Below are positions 36,103-45,180 of a stretch of 64,000 nt of DNA, in pieces; the first letter of the stretch is position 1, and each line of letters begins with the position of its first letter. A model generated the notes under the pieces. The model saw only the letters and a program-made list of their open reading frames with translations, was not told the DNA's origin and did no database searches. Made by a program: the position numbers and the translations under genes. Source of the DNA: Patescibacteria group bacterium (GTDB lineage Bacteria; Patescibacteriota; Patescibacteriia; Patescibacteriales; UBA12465); contig JAFGTW010000037.1 in NCBI GenBank assembly GCA_016938835.1, forward strand, positions 9,918 through 73,917, given 5' to 3'.

Positions 36103-36972
36103 ATGACTACTCTTATTCTTGGGGTTGCTGGTAATCTCGGCAGCCAGTTAAAAATAGCTTATGCCGACTCAGATGTGATTGGCTGGGATCGAGTTGATTT
36201 TGATTTTCTTGATTTTGATTTATTAAAGCAAAAATTATTAAAGCTTAAGCCTGGACAAATTATTAATGCGGTTGCTTATAATGCGGTTGATAAATGTGAA
36301 GAGGATGAGAAGGAAGCCAACCTTGCTTGGAAATTAAATCGTGATTTACCAGGTGTTTTAGCGGATTATTGTTTACAAGCTCAGATTCCTTTATTACATT
36401 ATTCAACTGATTATGTTTTTGGCGGAGATGGACGCTTGGCGGGTGCTTATGTTGAAACTGATCAGCCGCAACCGCTTAATATTTACGGTCAAACTAAGTT
36501 AGCTGGAGAACAGGAAATTGCCAGACGGGCTTTGCTCGGATTAAAATATTATATTGTACGTACATCTAAGTTGTTTGGTCCCCTCGGTAAGAGCGAACAC
36601 GCTAAGGCTAGTTTCTTTGATTTAATGCTTAAGCTGTCTGCTGATAAAGAAGAGTTGAAAGTTGTTGATGCGGAAATAAGTTGTTTTACTTACACCCCAG
36701 ATTTAGCTCAAGCTTCCAAATTATTATTGGACGAAAAGGCGGTTAGAGGAATATATCATTTAACTAATTCTGGGGCGGTAACTTGGTATCAAGCTTTGCA
36801 GTATTTCTTTGATATCGCTCAAATAAAAACTCAACTAAGCGCAATTTCGGCCGATGCTTGGCCTCGTCCAGCTAAACGACCAGTATATTCTGCGTTGGCT
36901 AATACTAGGCGTCCACAATTGCGTTCTTGGCAAGAAGCCCTAACGGATTATTGGCATAATAAAAATAAATAA
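36103..36972 (+). CDS. rmlD: dTDP-4-dehydrorhamnose reductase
   Basis: RmlD blocks: N-terminal Gly-rich NAD(P) site, YSTDYVFGG and YGQTKLAGE. Confidence 0.75.
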   Translation: MTTLILGVAGNLGSQLKIAYADSDVIGWDRVDFDFLDFDLLKQKLLKLKPGQIINAVAYNAVDKCEEDEKEANLAWKLNRDLPGVLADYCLQAQIPLLHYSTDYVFGGDGRLAGAYVETDQPQPLNIYGQTKLAGEQEIARRALLGLKYYIVRTSKLFGPLGKSEHAKASFFDLMLKLSADKEELKVVDAEISCFTYTPDLAQASKLLLDEKAVRGIYHLTNSGAVTWYQALQYFFDIAQIKTQLSAISADAWPRPAKRPVYSALANTRRPQLRSWQEALTDYWHNKNK

Positions 36973-36976
36973 ATTT

Positions 36977-37702
36977 ATGAAAGGAATTATTTTGTCTGGG
37001 GGCAGTGGCACCCGCCTCAGACCGCTTACAAAGATTACTAGTAAACAATTACTGCCGATATATAATCGGCCAATGATCTATTATCCTCTTAATACTTTAA
37101 TTAAGGCTGGCATTAAAGAAATATTAATTATAGTTGCACCAGAAAGAGCAGGGGATTATTTAAATTTATTGGGTAGTGGTCGCGAATTTGGGGTTAAGTT
37201 TACTTATGAAATTCAGGATAAGCCTGAAGGTTTGGCTCAAGCTTTTATTATTGGGGAAACATTTATTGGCGATGATAGTGTCACTATGATCTTGGGTGAT
37301 AATATTTTTGAAGATGATTTTACTGAGGAAATCTCTAGTTTTAAGTCTGGTGCTAAAGTTTTTGCTAAACATGTTAGCGATCCAGAAAGGTTTGGCGTGG
37401 TTAGCTTTGACAAGGAAATGAAGGCAGAAAAAATCGTAGAAAAGCCAACTCATTATATCAGTAATAATGCTGTTACTGGTCTTTATGTTTATGATAAGCG
37501 CGTTGTTTCAGCTGCCAAGAGTTTAGTTCCGAGCGTGCGTGGTGAATTAGAAATAACCGACTTAAATAATTGGTATTTAGATAAGGGCGAATTAGAAGTG
37601 GCCATGGTTAAGGGGGAATGGCTTGACGCTGGAACTTTTGAAAGTTTATTGCATGCTCAAAATTTTGCTAAAGAGAAATTAGATAGCAAGATGATTATTT
37701 AA
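36977..37702 (+). CDS. rmlA: glucose-1-phosphate thymidylyltransferase (short form)
   Basis: MKGIILSGGSGTRLRPLT...KQLLPIYNRPMIYYPL sugar-nucleotidyltransferase signature. Confidence 0.85.
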   Translation: MKGIILSGGSGTRLRPLTKITSKQLLPIYNRPMIYYPLNTLIKAGIKEILIIVAPERAGDYLNLLGSGREFGVKFTYEIQDKPEGLAQAFIIGETFIGDDSVTMILGDNIFEDDFTEEISSFKSGAKVFAKHVSDPERFGVVSFDKEMKAEKIVEKPTHYISNNAVTGLYVYDKRVVSAAKSLVPSVRGELEITDLNNWYLDKGELEVAMVKGEWLDAGTFESLLHAQNFAKEKLDSKMII

Positions 37703-37714
37703 ATATTAAAAAAA

Positions 37715-38671
37715 ATGAAACTAGCAGTAGCTTTTTTATGTTATCAAAATAGTTCCGCTCCGTATTTAATGGAGTTTTTAGCTAGTCTTGATTCGGCTCT
37801 AAAACAATTAGAAGAAGAAGTTTTAATTCTTGCTGGTGATAATAGCGGAAAGCACGATAGACGTAATGGAGATTACATTTTTGAGTATAATAATCACAAT
37901 AAAAATAAAATTCAGTACTTTGATTTTAAAAAAAATCTTGGCTTTGCCGCTGCTTATAATCTTTTAATAAATACTGCCATAGAAAAAGGGGCAAAGTATT
38001 TTTTAATGCTCAATCCGGACATTATTCTTGATCGTGGAGCTATTAAAAAAATGTTATCAACTTTAGAGTTTGATGCTAATTTAACTTCTGTATGTCCTAA
38101 AATATATCGTTGGGATTTTAAGAATAAGAAGCTTACCAAGATTATTGATAGTTGTGGCTTAAGGCTTAAGCCGGGACTTCGTTTTTATGATTTAGGGCAG
38201 GGAGAGTTAGATTGTGGTCAATATGATAAGGCAGAAATTATTGGTCCATCTGGTGCTGCGGCTATGTTTCGCTTGTCTGATTTAGAGAAAATTAGTGTTA
38301 ATGGCAAGTTTTATGACGAGCATTTCTTTATGTATAAAGAAGATTGTGATTTAGCTTATCGCTTAAGATTAAACAGGCTTTCAACAAAAATGCTGGCATC
38401 AGCTATCTGTTATCATGATCGTAGCGCTGCCAAGCGGGGCGGTTTATGGCAGACTTGGCTTGATTGGAAAAAGAGAAGCAAGAAAGCTCGTTCTTGGTCA
38501 TTTGTAGGGCAGCATTTACTTTTTTTTAAATATATACTGCTTGAGTCATATTATTCTCGTTTTTTAATTTTATTGAGACTTGGTTTTTATGCATTTTTTT
38601 CTTTATTTTTAGCCCAATTTCTCTTAAAAGATTATTTTCGTTTTCGTCGATTTATAAATAGTCTTGACTAA
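37715..38671 (+). CDS. family 2 glycosyltransferase (WbbL-like, possibly rhamnosyltransferase)
   Basis: GT-A fold blocks with a DxD-like NPD motif and a GPSGAAAMFR block. C-terminal hydrophobic region. Adjacent to rmlA and rmlD. Confidence 0.6.
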   Translation: MKLAVAFLCYQNSSAPYLMEFLASLDSALKQLEEEVLILAGDNSGKHDRRNGDYIFEYNNHNKNKIQYFDFKKNLGFAAAYNLLINTAIEKGAKYFLMLNPDIILDRGAIKKMLSTLEFDANLTSVCPKIYRWDFKNKKLTKIIDSCGLRLKPGLRFYDLGQGELDCGQYDKAEIIGPSGAAAMFRLSDLEKISVNGKFYDEHFFMYKEDCDLAYRLRLNRLSTKMLASAICYHDRSAAKRGGLWQTWLDWKKRSKKARSWSFVGQHLLFFKYILLESYYSRFLILLRLGFYAFFSLFLAQFLLKDYFRFRRFINSLD

Positions 38672-38739
38672 TATAAATTAATATGATAGATTAAGCATGT
38701 GTTAATAAATTAGATATAGCTGAGCTATATTTTTATTAT

Positions 38740-39783
38740 ATGGAAAATTTACTAGAAAATATTGTGCTTGAAAGACGCACAGAAGAACTTAATAAATTAA
38801 ATGCTATACAAATTGTTAATGGTATATTTTCTGATTTAATGGAGCGTGAGCGTGATATTCTTACTCGTCGTTTTGGACTTGATGGGGAGAAACACGAAAC
38901 TTTAGAAAAAATTGGGCAACTCCATAAACTTACTCGCGAAAGAGTGCGTCAAATTGAAAATGCTAGTATCAAGAAGATTAAGCGCTTGGAAACATTAGGT
39001 GAGTCCTTATCAATTTTAAAGGGTGTTATTTCTAATTTATTAAAAGAACATGGTGGTTTTCTGCGTCGTGATTTTCTACTTGATATTCTTTCTGTCATGA
39101 TTTTAGAAAACGATGGTAAGGCTAATATTAATAACCCTGAGTATCAGAAAAATTTGCAGATTCATAAAAATCGTTTTAGTTTTTTATTATCAAAATTACT
39201 AAATGATGATTTTGATGTCGTTAATAATTCTAATCATTTTAATACTTCCATTAAGTTGAAAGACGGCTCAATTAATCACTTTGAAGATTTATCTAAGGAT
39301 TTATTGTCTGTCTTGGAAAATCTTAATAAGACTTTAAGTACTAACGAATTATTATCTTTAGTCCGTAATCTTGAGTCGTATAAGATTCATCAGGATAAAA
39401 TAGAGTCTAGTGAGGATGCAAATATTACTTCAGTTTTTAAAAGCGATATATTTTTTGATGATGCTGAGCTAATTAATAATAATAAGGGTATTTATTCATT
39501 ATTCCAAGCAATTAAAGATCTGGAACAAAATAAATTTGGTCATTGGGGCAAGGTGAATTGGCAAGAAATTAAACCAAAAACTATTAATGATAAGATTTAT
39601 TTAGTTCTAAAGAATTCTGGTAAGCCACTGCATTTTACAGAGATTGCTAGTAAAATTAATGATGTTAAATTTGACCATAAAAAAGCTAATCCAGCAACTG
39701 TACACAATGAATTAATTTTAGATAATCGTTATGTTTTAACTGGTCGTGGTACGTATGGTTTACGCGATTGGCAAAATACTTAA
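38740..39783 (+). CDS. protein with N-terminal sigma-70 region 4 (HTH) domain fused to an uncharacterised ~260-aa C-terminal domain
   Basis: Residues about 20-85 (ERERDILTRRFGLDGEKHETLEKIGQLHKLTRERVRQIENASIKKIKRL) closely match sigma-70 region 4.2. No sigma regions 1-3 are present. Confidence 0.6.
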   Translation: MENLLENIVLERRTEELNKLNAIQIVNGIFSDLMERERDILTRRFGLDGEKHETLEKIGQLHKLTRERVRQIENASIKKIKRLETLGESLSILKGVISNLLKEHGGFLRRDFLLDILSVMILENDGKANINNPEYQKNLQIHKNRFSFLLSKLLNDDFDVVNNSNHFNTSIKLKDGSINHFEDLSKDLLSVLENLNKTLSTNELLSLVRNLESYKIHQDKIESSEDANITSVFKSDIFFDDAELINNNKGIYSLFQAIKDLEQNKFGHWGKVNWQEIKPKTINDKIYLVLKNSGKPLHFTEIASKINDVKFDHKKANPATVHNELILDNRYVLTGRGTYGLRDWQNT

Positions 39784-39810
39784 TCAGCTGAATTGTGAAC
39801 TTATTATAAG

Positions 39811-39846
39811 CCGCCAAAAATTGTTTTGGTGGTTTTTATTTTTCAT
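39811..39846 (+). terminator. intrinsic terminator
   Basis: ccgccaaaa-attg-ttttggtgg 9-bp stem (one G.U pair) followed by a long T-tract. Confidence 0.7.
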
Positions 39847-39853
39847 TTATTCG

Positions 39854-39862
39854 TGCTAAAAT
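39854..39862 (+). promoter_or_regulatory. extended -10 promoter (TGcTAAAAT) for the 39914 gene
   Basis: tgctaaaat lies about 50 nt upstream of ATG 39914, just after the terminator. Confidence 0.4.
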
Positions 39863-39913
39863 ATTAGTAGAAAACTTGGTCTTTGCTAAAAGGCTAGTTG
39901 TCATTATTTTCTT

Positions 39914-41365
39914 ATGGAGATAGTTATAAATACTACTCGTCTCGAGGATTTTTTTGCTTTGGCGCCAGGTGAGATGTTGTGGGTTTTTTTCCTAAATATT
40001 GGCTGGATAATTATCGCGGCTATTTTTTTGTATGGACTTTCTTTGCTTTATTTGCAAAAAATCTCAGCAAATTGGGCGGCTAATAATTTGAAGTTTATTT
40101 TATTAGCCATTGATGTGCCCAAGGGAAATGAGCAATCACCAAAAGCAGTAGAAAATATGTTCACTTATTTAGCCGGAGCTCACGGTTCAATTAACTTTTT
40201 TGAGAAATGGTTTGAAGGTAAGTTTCAAGTTTCTTTTAGTTATGAAATTGTTAGCCTTGAAGGTTATACCCAGTTTTTAATTCGTACTCCGATTGAATTT
40301 CGTAATTTAATTGAAACTTCTGTTTATTCACAATATCCGGATGCGGAAATATCGGAGGTGGATGACTATGTTGAAGCTGTTCCTCATAATTTTCCTGACG
40401 AAGAATATGATATTTGGGGATCCGAATTTATTCAGGCTAATAATTGGGCCTTTCCAATTAAACTTTATCAAGAATTTGAGCATAGTTTTGGTGAGTCAGA
40501 AACTCAGTTTAAGGATCCAATGGCATCCCTGATGGATTTGTGTAGCTCTTTGCGAGAAGGGGAGCAGTTTTGGTTTCAGATCGTAGTAATTCCTACTGGT
40601 TTTAATTGGGTGGCTGAAACTGATAAAATTGTAGACAAGATTCTTAATAAGACCAAAAAATCTAGTGGATGGACTATAAAATTATTAGAATGGTTTGGTG
40701 ATTTGGGTGAAATGTTTTATAGCATTTGGGGGGATATCGAATCTAAAGAAGATAAAAAGGACGGATTATCCATGATGGAGTTAACTCCTAAACAGAAAAA
40801 ACAGATAGAGGCGGTACATATGAAAGCTTCTAAATTATCTTTTAATGCCAAGATTAGAGTTGTATATGCCGCACGCAAGGATGTAATTAATCGCAGTAAG
40901 GTTGTTAATGGTATTGTTGGTTATATGAAACAATTCATTGCCCTTGATTTGAATAATCTTATGCCTGACGTTAAATTAACAATGACTAAAACGTCTTATT
41001 TCAATAAAGATAAAAGATTATTTAAAAAGAAAAATTCTATAATGAATAATTATATTAATCGTGATGATTTTGCTGGGCGCGTGCCTGGGCTATTTAATAT
41101 TGAAGAATTGGCGACTCTCTGGCATTTCCCAATTGAGGCTAATGTTAAGGCACCAATGATTCAGAAGGCTCCTGGTAGAAAAGCTGATGCTCCTTCATCT
41201 CTACCGGTGATTGATGATTTTTCTTATAATGCTCCTGAATTATTTCAATCAGATATTTTACAGCGGCAACAACCTCCGGCTGAGTCTGAGACAGATATTA
41301 ACAAGGCGTCTGTGGCCGAAGTAGAAGTAAATAAAAATATACCAGAAAATTTACCTTTTGTTTAA
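39914..41365 (+). CDS. conserved hypothetical membrane-anchored protein (483 aa)
   Basis: N-terminal TM segment (MLWVFFLNIGWIIIAAIFLYGLSLLYL) followed by a large soluble domain. No NTPase or other catalytic motif recognised. Confidence 0.5.
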   Translation: MEIVINTTRLEDFFALAPGEMLWVFFLNIGWIIIAAIFLYGLSLLYLQKISANWAANNLKFILLAIDVPKGNEQSPKAVENMFTYLAGAHGSINFFEKWFEGKFQVSFSYEIVSLEGYTQFLIRTPIEFRNLIETSVYSQYPDAEISEVDDYVEAVPHNFPDEEYDIWGSEFIQANNWAFPIKLYQEFEHSFGESETQFKDPMASLMDLCSSLREGEQFWFQIVVIPTGFNWVAETDKIVDKILNKTKKSSGWTIKLLEWFGDLGEMFYSIWGDIESKEDKKDGLSMMELTPKQKKQIEAVHMKASKLSFNAKIRVVYAARKDVINRSKVVNGIVGYMKQFIALDLNNLMPDVKLTMTKTSYFNKDKRLFKKKNSIMNNYINRDDFAGRVPGLFNIEELATLWHFPIEANVKAPMIQKAPGRKADAPSSLPVIDDFSYNAPELFQSDILQRQQPPAESETDINKASVAEVEVNKNIPENLPFV

Positions 41366-42573
41366 TGAAAAATATTATTAAAAAAAAAATACGTATTGGT
41401 ATTGATGCGCGTTTCTATGGCCCCGTTGGCAAGGGGCTTGGTCGTTATGTTCAGGAAGTAGTTGATAATATTATAAATATAAATCGTGAATCTGAGCAGA
41501 AATTTGAATTTGTTATATTTTTAAGTCCAGAAAATTTTGATAAATTTATTTTTACTGACTCCTTTATTTCAAAAAAATTAGTATCACTTCCTTGGTATTC
41601 TTGGCGTGAACAATTATTGTTTCCGTTTATTATCTTAAAAGAAAAAATTGATTTGATGCATTATCCACATTTTAATGTTCCCATTTTTAGTCCCGTTGCA
41701 TTTGTGGTAACAATTCATGATCTTATTTTAACTAAATTTCCCAGCCGCCGCGCTTCCATGCTTCCGGTCACTCTTTATTGGTTGAAGCAAATTGCTTATC
41801 GTATAATTATACAGGTCGCCGTTATGAGGGCTAAAACTGTCATTGCAGTTTCTGAATTTACTAAGGATGATATTGTAAAAAAGCTTGGCATACGGGCTGA
41901 TAAAATAGCTGTCACTTATGAGGGTGTGGCTATTTTAAGCAATGAGGATAAAATTGATAGTAAAGATGCTGTACTTATTAATGATAAACAAGTATTAAGT
42001 AGTTATAAATTTCACGCCCCTTTTTTACTTTATGTTGGTAATGCTTATCCGCACAAAAATCTAGATAAATTTTTAGAAGTATTTAGTAGCTTGCGTTATA
42101 CTCATCCGGACATTTCTCTAGTGATGGTTGGTAAAGATGATTACTTTTATCAACGCGTAAAACGGGTGGCTAGAAATCTACATCTTTGGCGTGAAGATAC
42201 TGATAATGGTAAAGTATTTTTTCCTGGATATGTTTCTGATAATGATTTAAAAGTCTTGTATCGTCAGGCACTGCTGTATGTTTTTCCTTCTTTATATGAA
42301 GGTTTTGGTTTACCGCCGTTAGAGGCTATGTCTCAGTCTTGCCCTGTTATTAGTTCTAATCAGGGCAGTTTGCCGGAAATTTTAGGAGAGTCTGCTGTTT
42401 ATTTCAACCCATATGATAAGGTGGATATGCTCACAAAAATTACAGCTTTAATTGATAATAAATCAGCCAGAGAATCTTTAATAATGAAAGGACGGGAGCA
42501 TGTTGCAAATTTTTCTTGGCAACGGTGCGCTGGTGAAACATTTGATATTTATCGACGAGCCTTGCTTAAATAA
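41365..42573 (+). CDS. family 4 (GT-B, group 1) glycosyltransferase
   Basis: C-terminal E-x7-E motif region FPSLYEGFGLPPLEAM. Confidence 0.85.
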   Translation: MKNIIKKKIRIGIDARFYGPVGKGLGRYVQEVVDNIININRESEQKFEFVIFLSPENFDKFIFTDSFISKKLVSLPWYSWREQLLFPFIILKEKIDLMHYPHFNVPIFSPVAFVVTIHDLILTKFPSRRASMLPVTLYWLKQIAYRIIIQVAVMRAKTVIAVSEFTKDDIVKKLGIRADKIAVTYEGVAILSNEDKIDSKDAVLINDKQVLSSYKFHAPFLLYVGNAYPHKNLDKFLEVFSSLRYTHPDISLVMVGKDDYFYQRVKRVARNLHLWREDTDNGKVFFPGYVSDNDLKVLYRQALLYVFPSLYEGFGLPPLEAMSQSCPVISSNQGSLPEILGESAVYFNPYDKVDMLTKITALIDNKSARESLIMKGREHVANFSWQRCAGETFDIYRRALLK

Positions 42574-42576
42574 TAA

Positions 42577-45129
42577 TTGAAAATGTCTGTAAATAAATTC
42601 AATAATAAGCAGTTTAATTTTATTCGGTCAACCGATTCTTTTGTGGTAGATTTACGTTCTCAGTCTAATCAAGGACAGGTAAATTCATCAGCAACTCATA
42701 AGGGACAGGAATATATTAAAAAAGTAAAATCAAAATTTAAAGGTGAGAATATTAAACAGATTTTTAATATTCGTTTAGGTTTGACTAAGAAAAAGTCAAA
42801 ATTAAATTTTTTAGCTTCAGTTTTACCCAGCGAGAATATAATTAAACGATCTCATAAAAATATATCTGTAATAAAATTTTGGTCCGGTTTGAAAGAAGTG
42901 ATAGATATTTTTTTTATTAAAAAAAATATCTATACTCGTTTGCGTTATAATTTTAAGCGTCATCTAGATTATTCAGAATTTCATAATTTTGCCCATACTT
43001 CTATTTTAAAATTGAAGCGCTTAAGTAAGCAACAGTCCCCACTTAAGAGTAAACAACAAAGAATATCTACACAATCTGAATATTTGCTCGTTTGGTATCG
43101 ATCTGTTTTTACTTTTATAGCTGCTTTAATTATAATCATTTTGCCTTTTAAAATGTTGGCTTATTTTAAAGTTCTTGATTTTGGTAATCTAAAGAATAAA
43201 ATCATTAGCCACTCTTATTCTGCTTTTGATAATTTGGCGGCCGCGTCTAATGATGCTACAAAATTAAATCTTCCTGGGGCGGAGTCAAATTTTGCTGAAG
43301 CTGCTGCTAATTTTAGTGCCGCTCAACAAGAATTAAGTCGCGTTGATGACTGGTTGTTATCCTTTGCTTCTTTTTCTAGAGATCCAAAAATTAAATTGGC
43401 TGCTTCCGGTAAGAAGTTTTTAGCTGCTGGAGCGGCTGCATCTGCTTTTGGTCAGCACTTAAGTGCAGCCGGCGATGTTATGTTAGGTGATAATCAAGAA
43501 AAAAGTTGGGGTAAGCTAATTGATTCCTTTGTTGACCATGGTGATTTAGCTTTAGATAGTGCTATTTTGTTACAAGATCAATTAAATGATATTTCGCCTG
43601 AGAGTTTGCCAGTAGAATATCGGGCGCAATTTATCTCTTTTTGTAAACAAACAGATTTGACAGTCAAGTCTCTTAGCTCTTTATTGAGCTCCGCTAAAGA
43701 AATAAAAAATTTTTTAGGTGTTAGTCAAGATAAGCGTTATTTATTGGTTTTTCAAAATAATACTGAAATGAGGGGTGCTGGCGGTTTTTTTGGTAGTTAT
43801 GCTCTGGTTGATATTCGTGACGGTAGGATTAAAAAACTTGAAGTTCCAGCTGGCGGTTCATATGATACTGAGGCGGGCATGCGTTCTTTTATTAAAGCCC
43901 CTCAGGCCTTACAACTCGTTACCCCTCGCTGGTATTTTTGGGATTCTAATTGGTGGCCTGATTGGCCAACTAGCGCTCAAGCTTTAATGTGGTTTTATGA
44001 AAAGAGTGATGGACCAACTGTGGACGGAGTCATTAGTTTTACTCCAGATGTTTTAGCTAGTTTATTAGAAATAACTGGACCAATTGATTTACAGCAGGAC
44101 TATGATATGACAGTTGATGCTAATAATTTTTGGGAACTTATTCAGACTACAGTTGAAAAGGATAATTTAGTAAATAAATATCCTGAATTAATGGCAAGCG
44201 TTGCTGATAGTCCTGATAATCAACCAAAGAAAATAATTGGTGATTTAATGGCAATTATTGTAGAAAAATTACCGGAAGTTTTAAGTGGTGATAACTTACC
44301 TGCATTGCTTATGGCTTTGGAAAATAATTTAAGTGCTAAGAATATTCTTCTTTATTTTAATGACCCCGAATTGCAGTCCAAGATCAGTCGTTATCATTTG
44401 GATGGTAAAATGTTAGACACGAAGTATGACTATTTAATGGTGTCTCATACCAATATTGCCGGACAGAAAAGTGATCGCAAAATGGAAGAGAAAATTAAGC
44501 ATTCAATTGAAATTATGGATGATGGTAGTATTATTGATAATTTAACCATTTATCGTACTCATACAGGCCTAAAGAATGAAATTTTAAGTGGTGTTCGTAA
44601 TGTTGATTGGCTACGTGTTTATGTGCCTTATGGCAGCTTGCTTTTAAGTGCCGATGGCTTTAGTCAGCCAGATGCTTCCTACTTCGAAAGGCCAGAAGAT
44701 GATTGGCAGGATTATCCTTATTTATTAGAAACAGAGGGCAGGGCACGAACAGATTTAAATAGTGGCACAAAAATTTATACAGAGGCTAATAAAACAGTTT
44801 TTGCTAATTGGGTGATGACGGATCCAGGGGAAACTTCTTTAATTCATTTGCGTTATCGCTTGCCTTTTAAATTAAATAAAAGCCAGGTAGTGAGGGAAAA
44901 TAGTTTATTAGTTAATATTGATAGTTTGCTTGGTAATAATTCTTATGAAAGAATGCCTTTTTCTTTGTTGGTACAGAAGCAGCCAGGATTAAATAACACC
45001 CTGATTGATTTAAGTTTATCTATGCCTTTAAGTTGGCACACTGTTTGGTTGTATCCGCAGGCTACTACTTGGAATAGGCAATTATTTTTGAATGAAGATT
45101 TTGTTCAGGCAGTATTAATTGAAAGATAA
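42577..45129 (+). CDS. large membrane-anchored DUF4012-domain protein (850 aa)
   Basis: A Lys-rich N-terminal region and one TM segment are followed by the DUF4012-like block RYLLVFQNNTEMRGAGGFFGSYALVDIRDGRI and a long extracytoplasmic region. Confidence 0.5.
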   Translation: MKMSVNKFNNKQFNFIRSTDSFVVDLRSQSNQGQVNSSATHKGQEYIKKVKSKFKGENIKQIFNIRLGLTKKKSKLNFLASVLPSENIIKRSHKNISVIKFWSGLKEVIDIFFIKKNIYTRLRYNFKRHLDYSEFHNFAHTSILKLKRLSKQQSPLKSKQQRISTQSEYLLVWYRSVFTFIAALIIIILPFKMLAYFKVLDFGNLKNKIISHSYSAFDNLAAASNDATKLNLPGAESNFAEAAANFSAAQQELSRVDDWLLSFASFSRDPKIKLAASGKKFLAAGAAASAFGQHLSAAGDVMLGDNQEKSWGKLIDSFVDHGDLALDSAILLQDQLNDISPESLPVEYRAQFISFCKQTDLTVKSLSSLLSSAKEIKNFLGVSQDKRYLLVFQNNTEMRGAGGFFGSYALVDIRDGRIKKLEVPAGGSYDTEAGMRSFIKAPQALQLVTPRWYFWDSNWWPDWPTSAQALMWFYEKSDGPTVDGVISFTPDVLASLLEITGPIDLQQDYDMTVDANNFWELIQTTVEKDNLVNKYPELMASVADSPDNQPKKIIGDLMAIIVEKLPEVLSGDNLPALLMALENNLSAKNILLYFNDPELQSKISRYHLDGKMLDTKYDYLMVSHTNIAGQKSDRKMEEKIKHSIEIMDDGSIIDNLTIYRTHTGLKNEILSGVRNVDWLRVYVPYGSLLLSADGFSQPDASYFERPEDDWQDYPYLLETEGRARTDLNSGTKIYTEANKTVFANWVMTDPGETSLIHLRYRLPFKLNKSQVVRENSLLVNIDSLLGNNSYERMPFSLLVQKQPGLNNTLIDLSLSMPLSWHTVWLYPQATTWNRQLFLNEDFVQAVLIER

Positions 45130-45180
45130 AATATTTTTCTACTTAATTAAACATTTATCAATTTATATATATTAAAAAAC

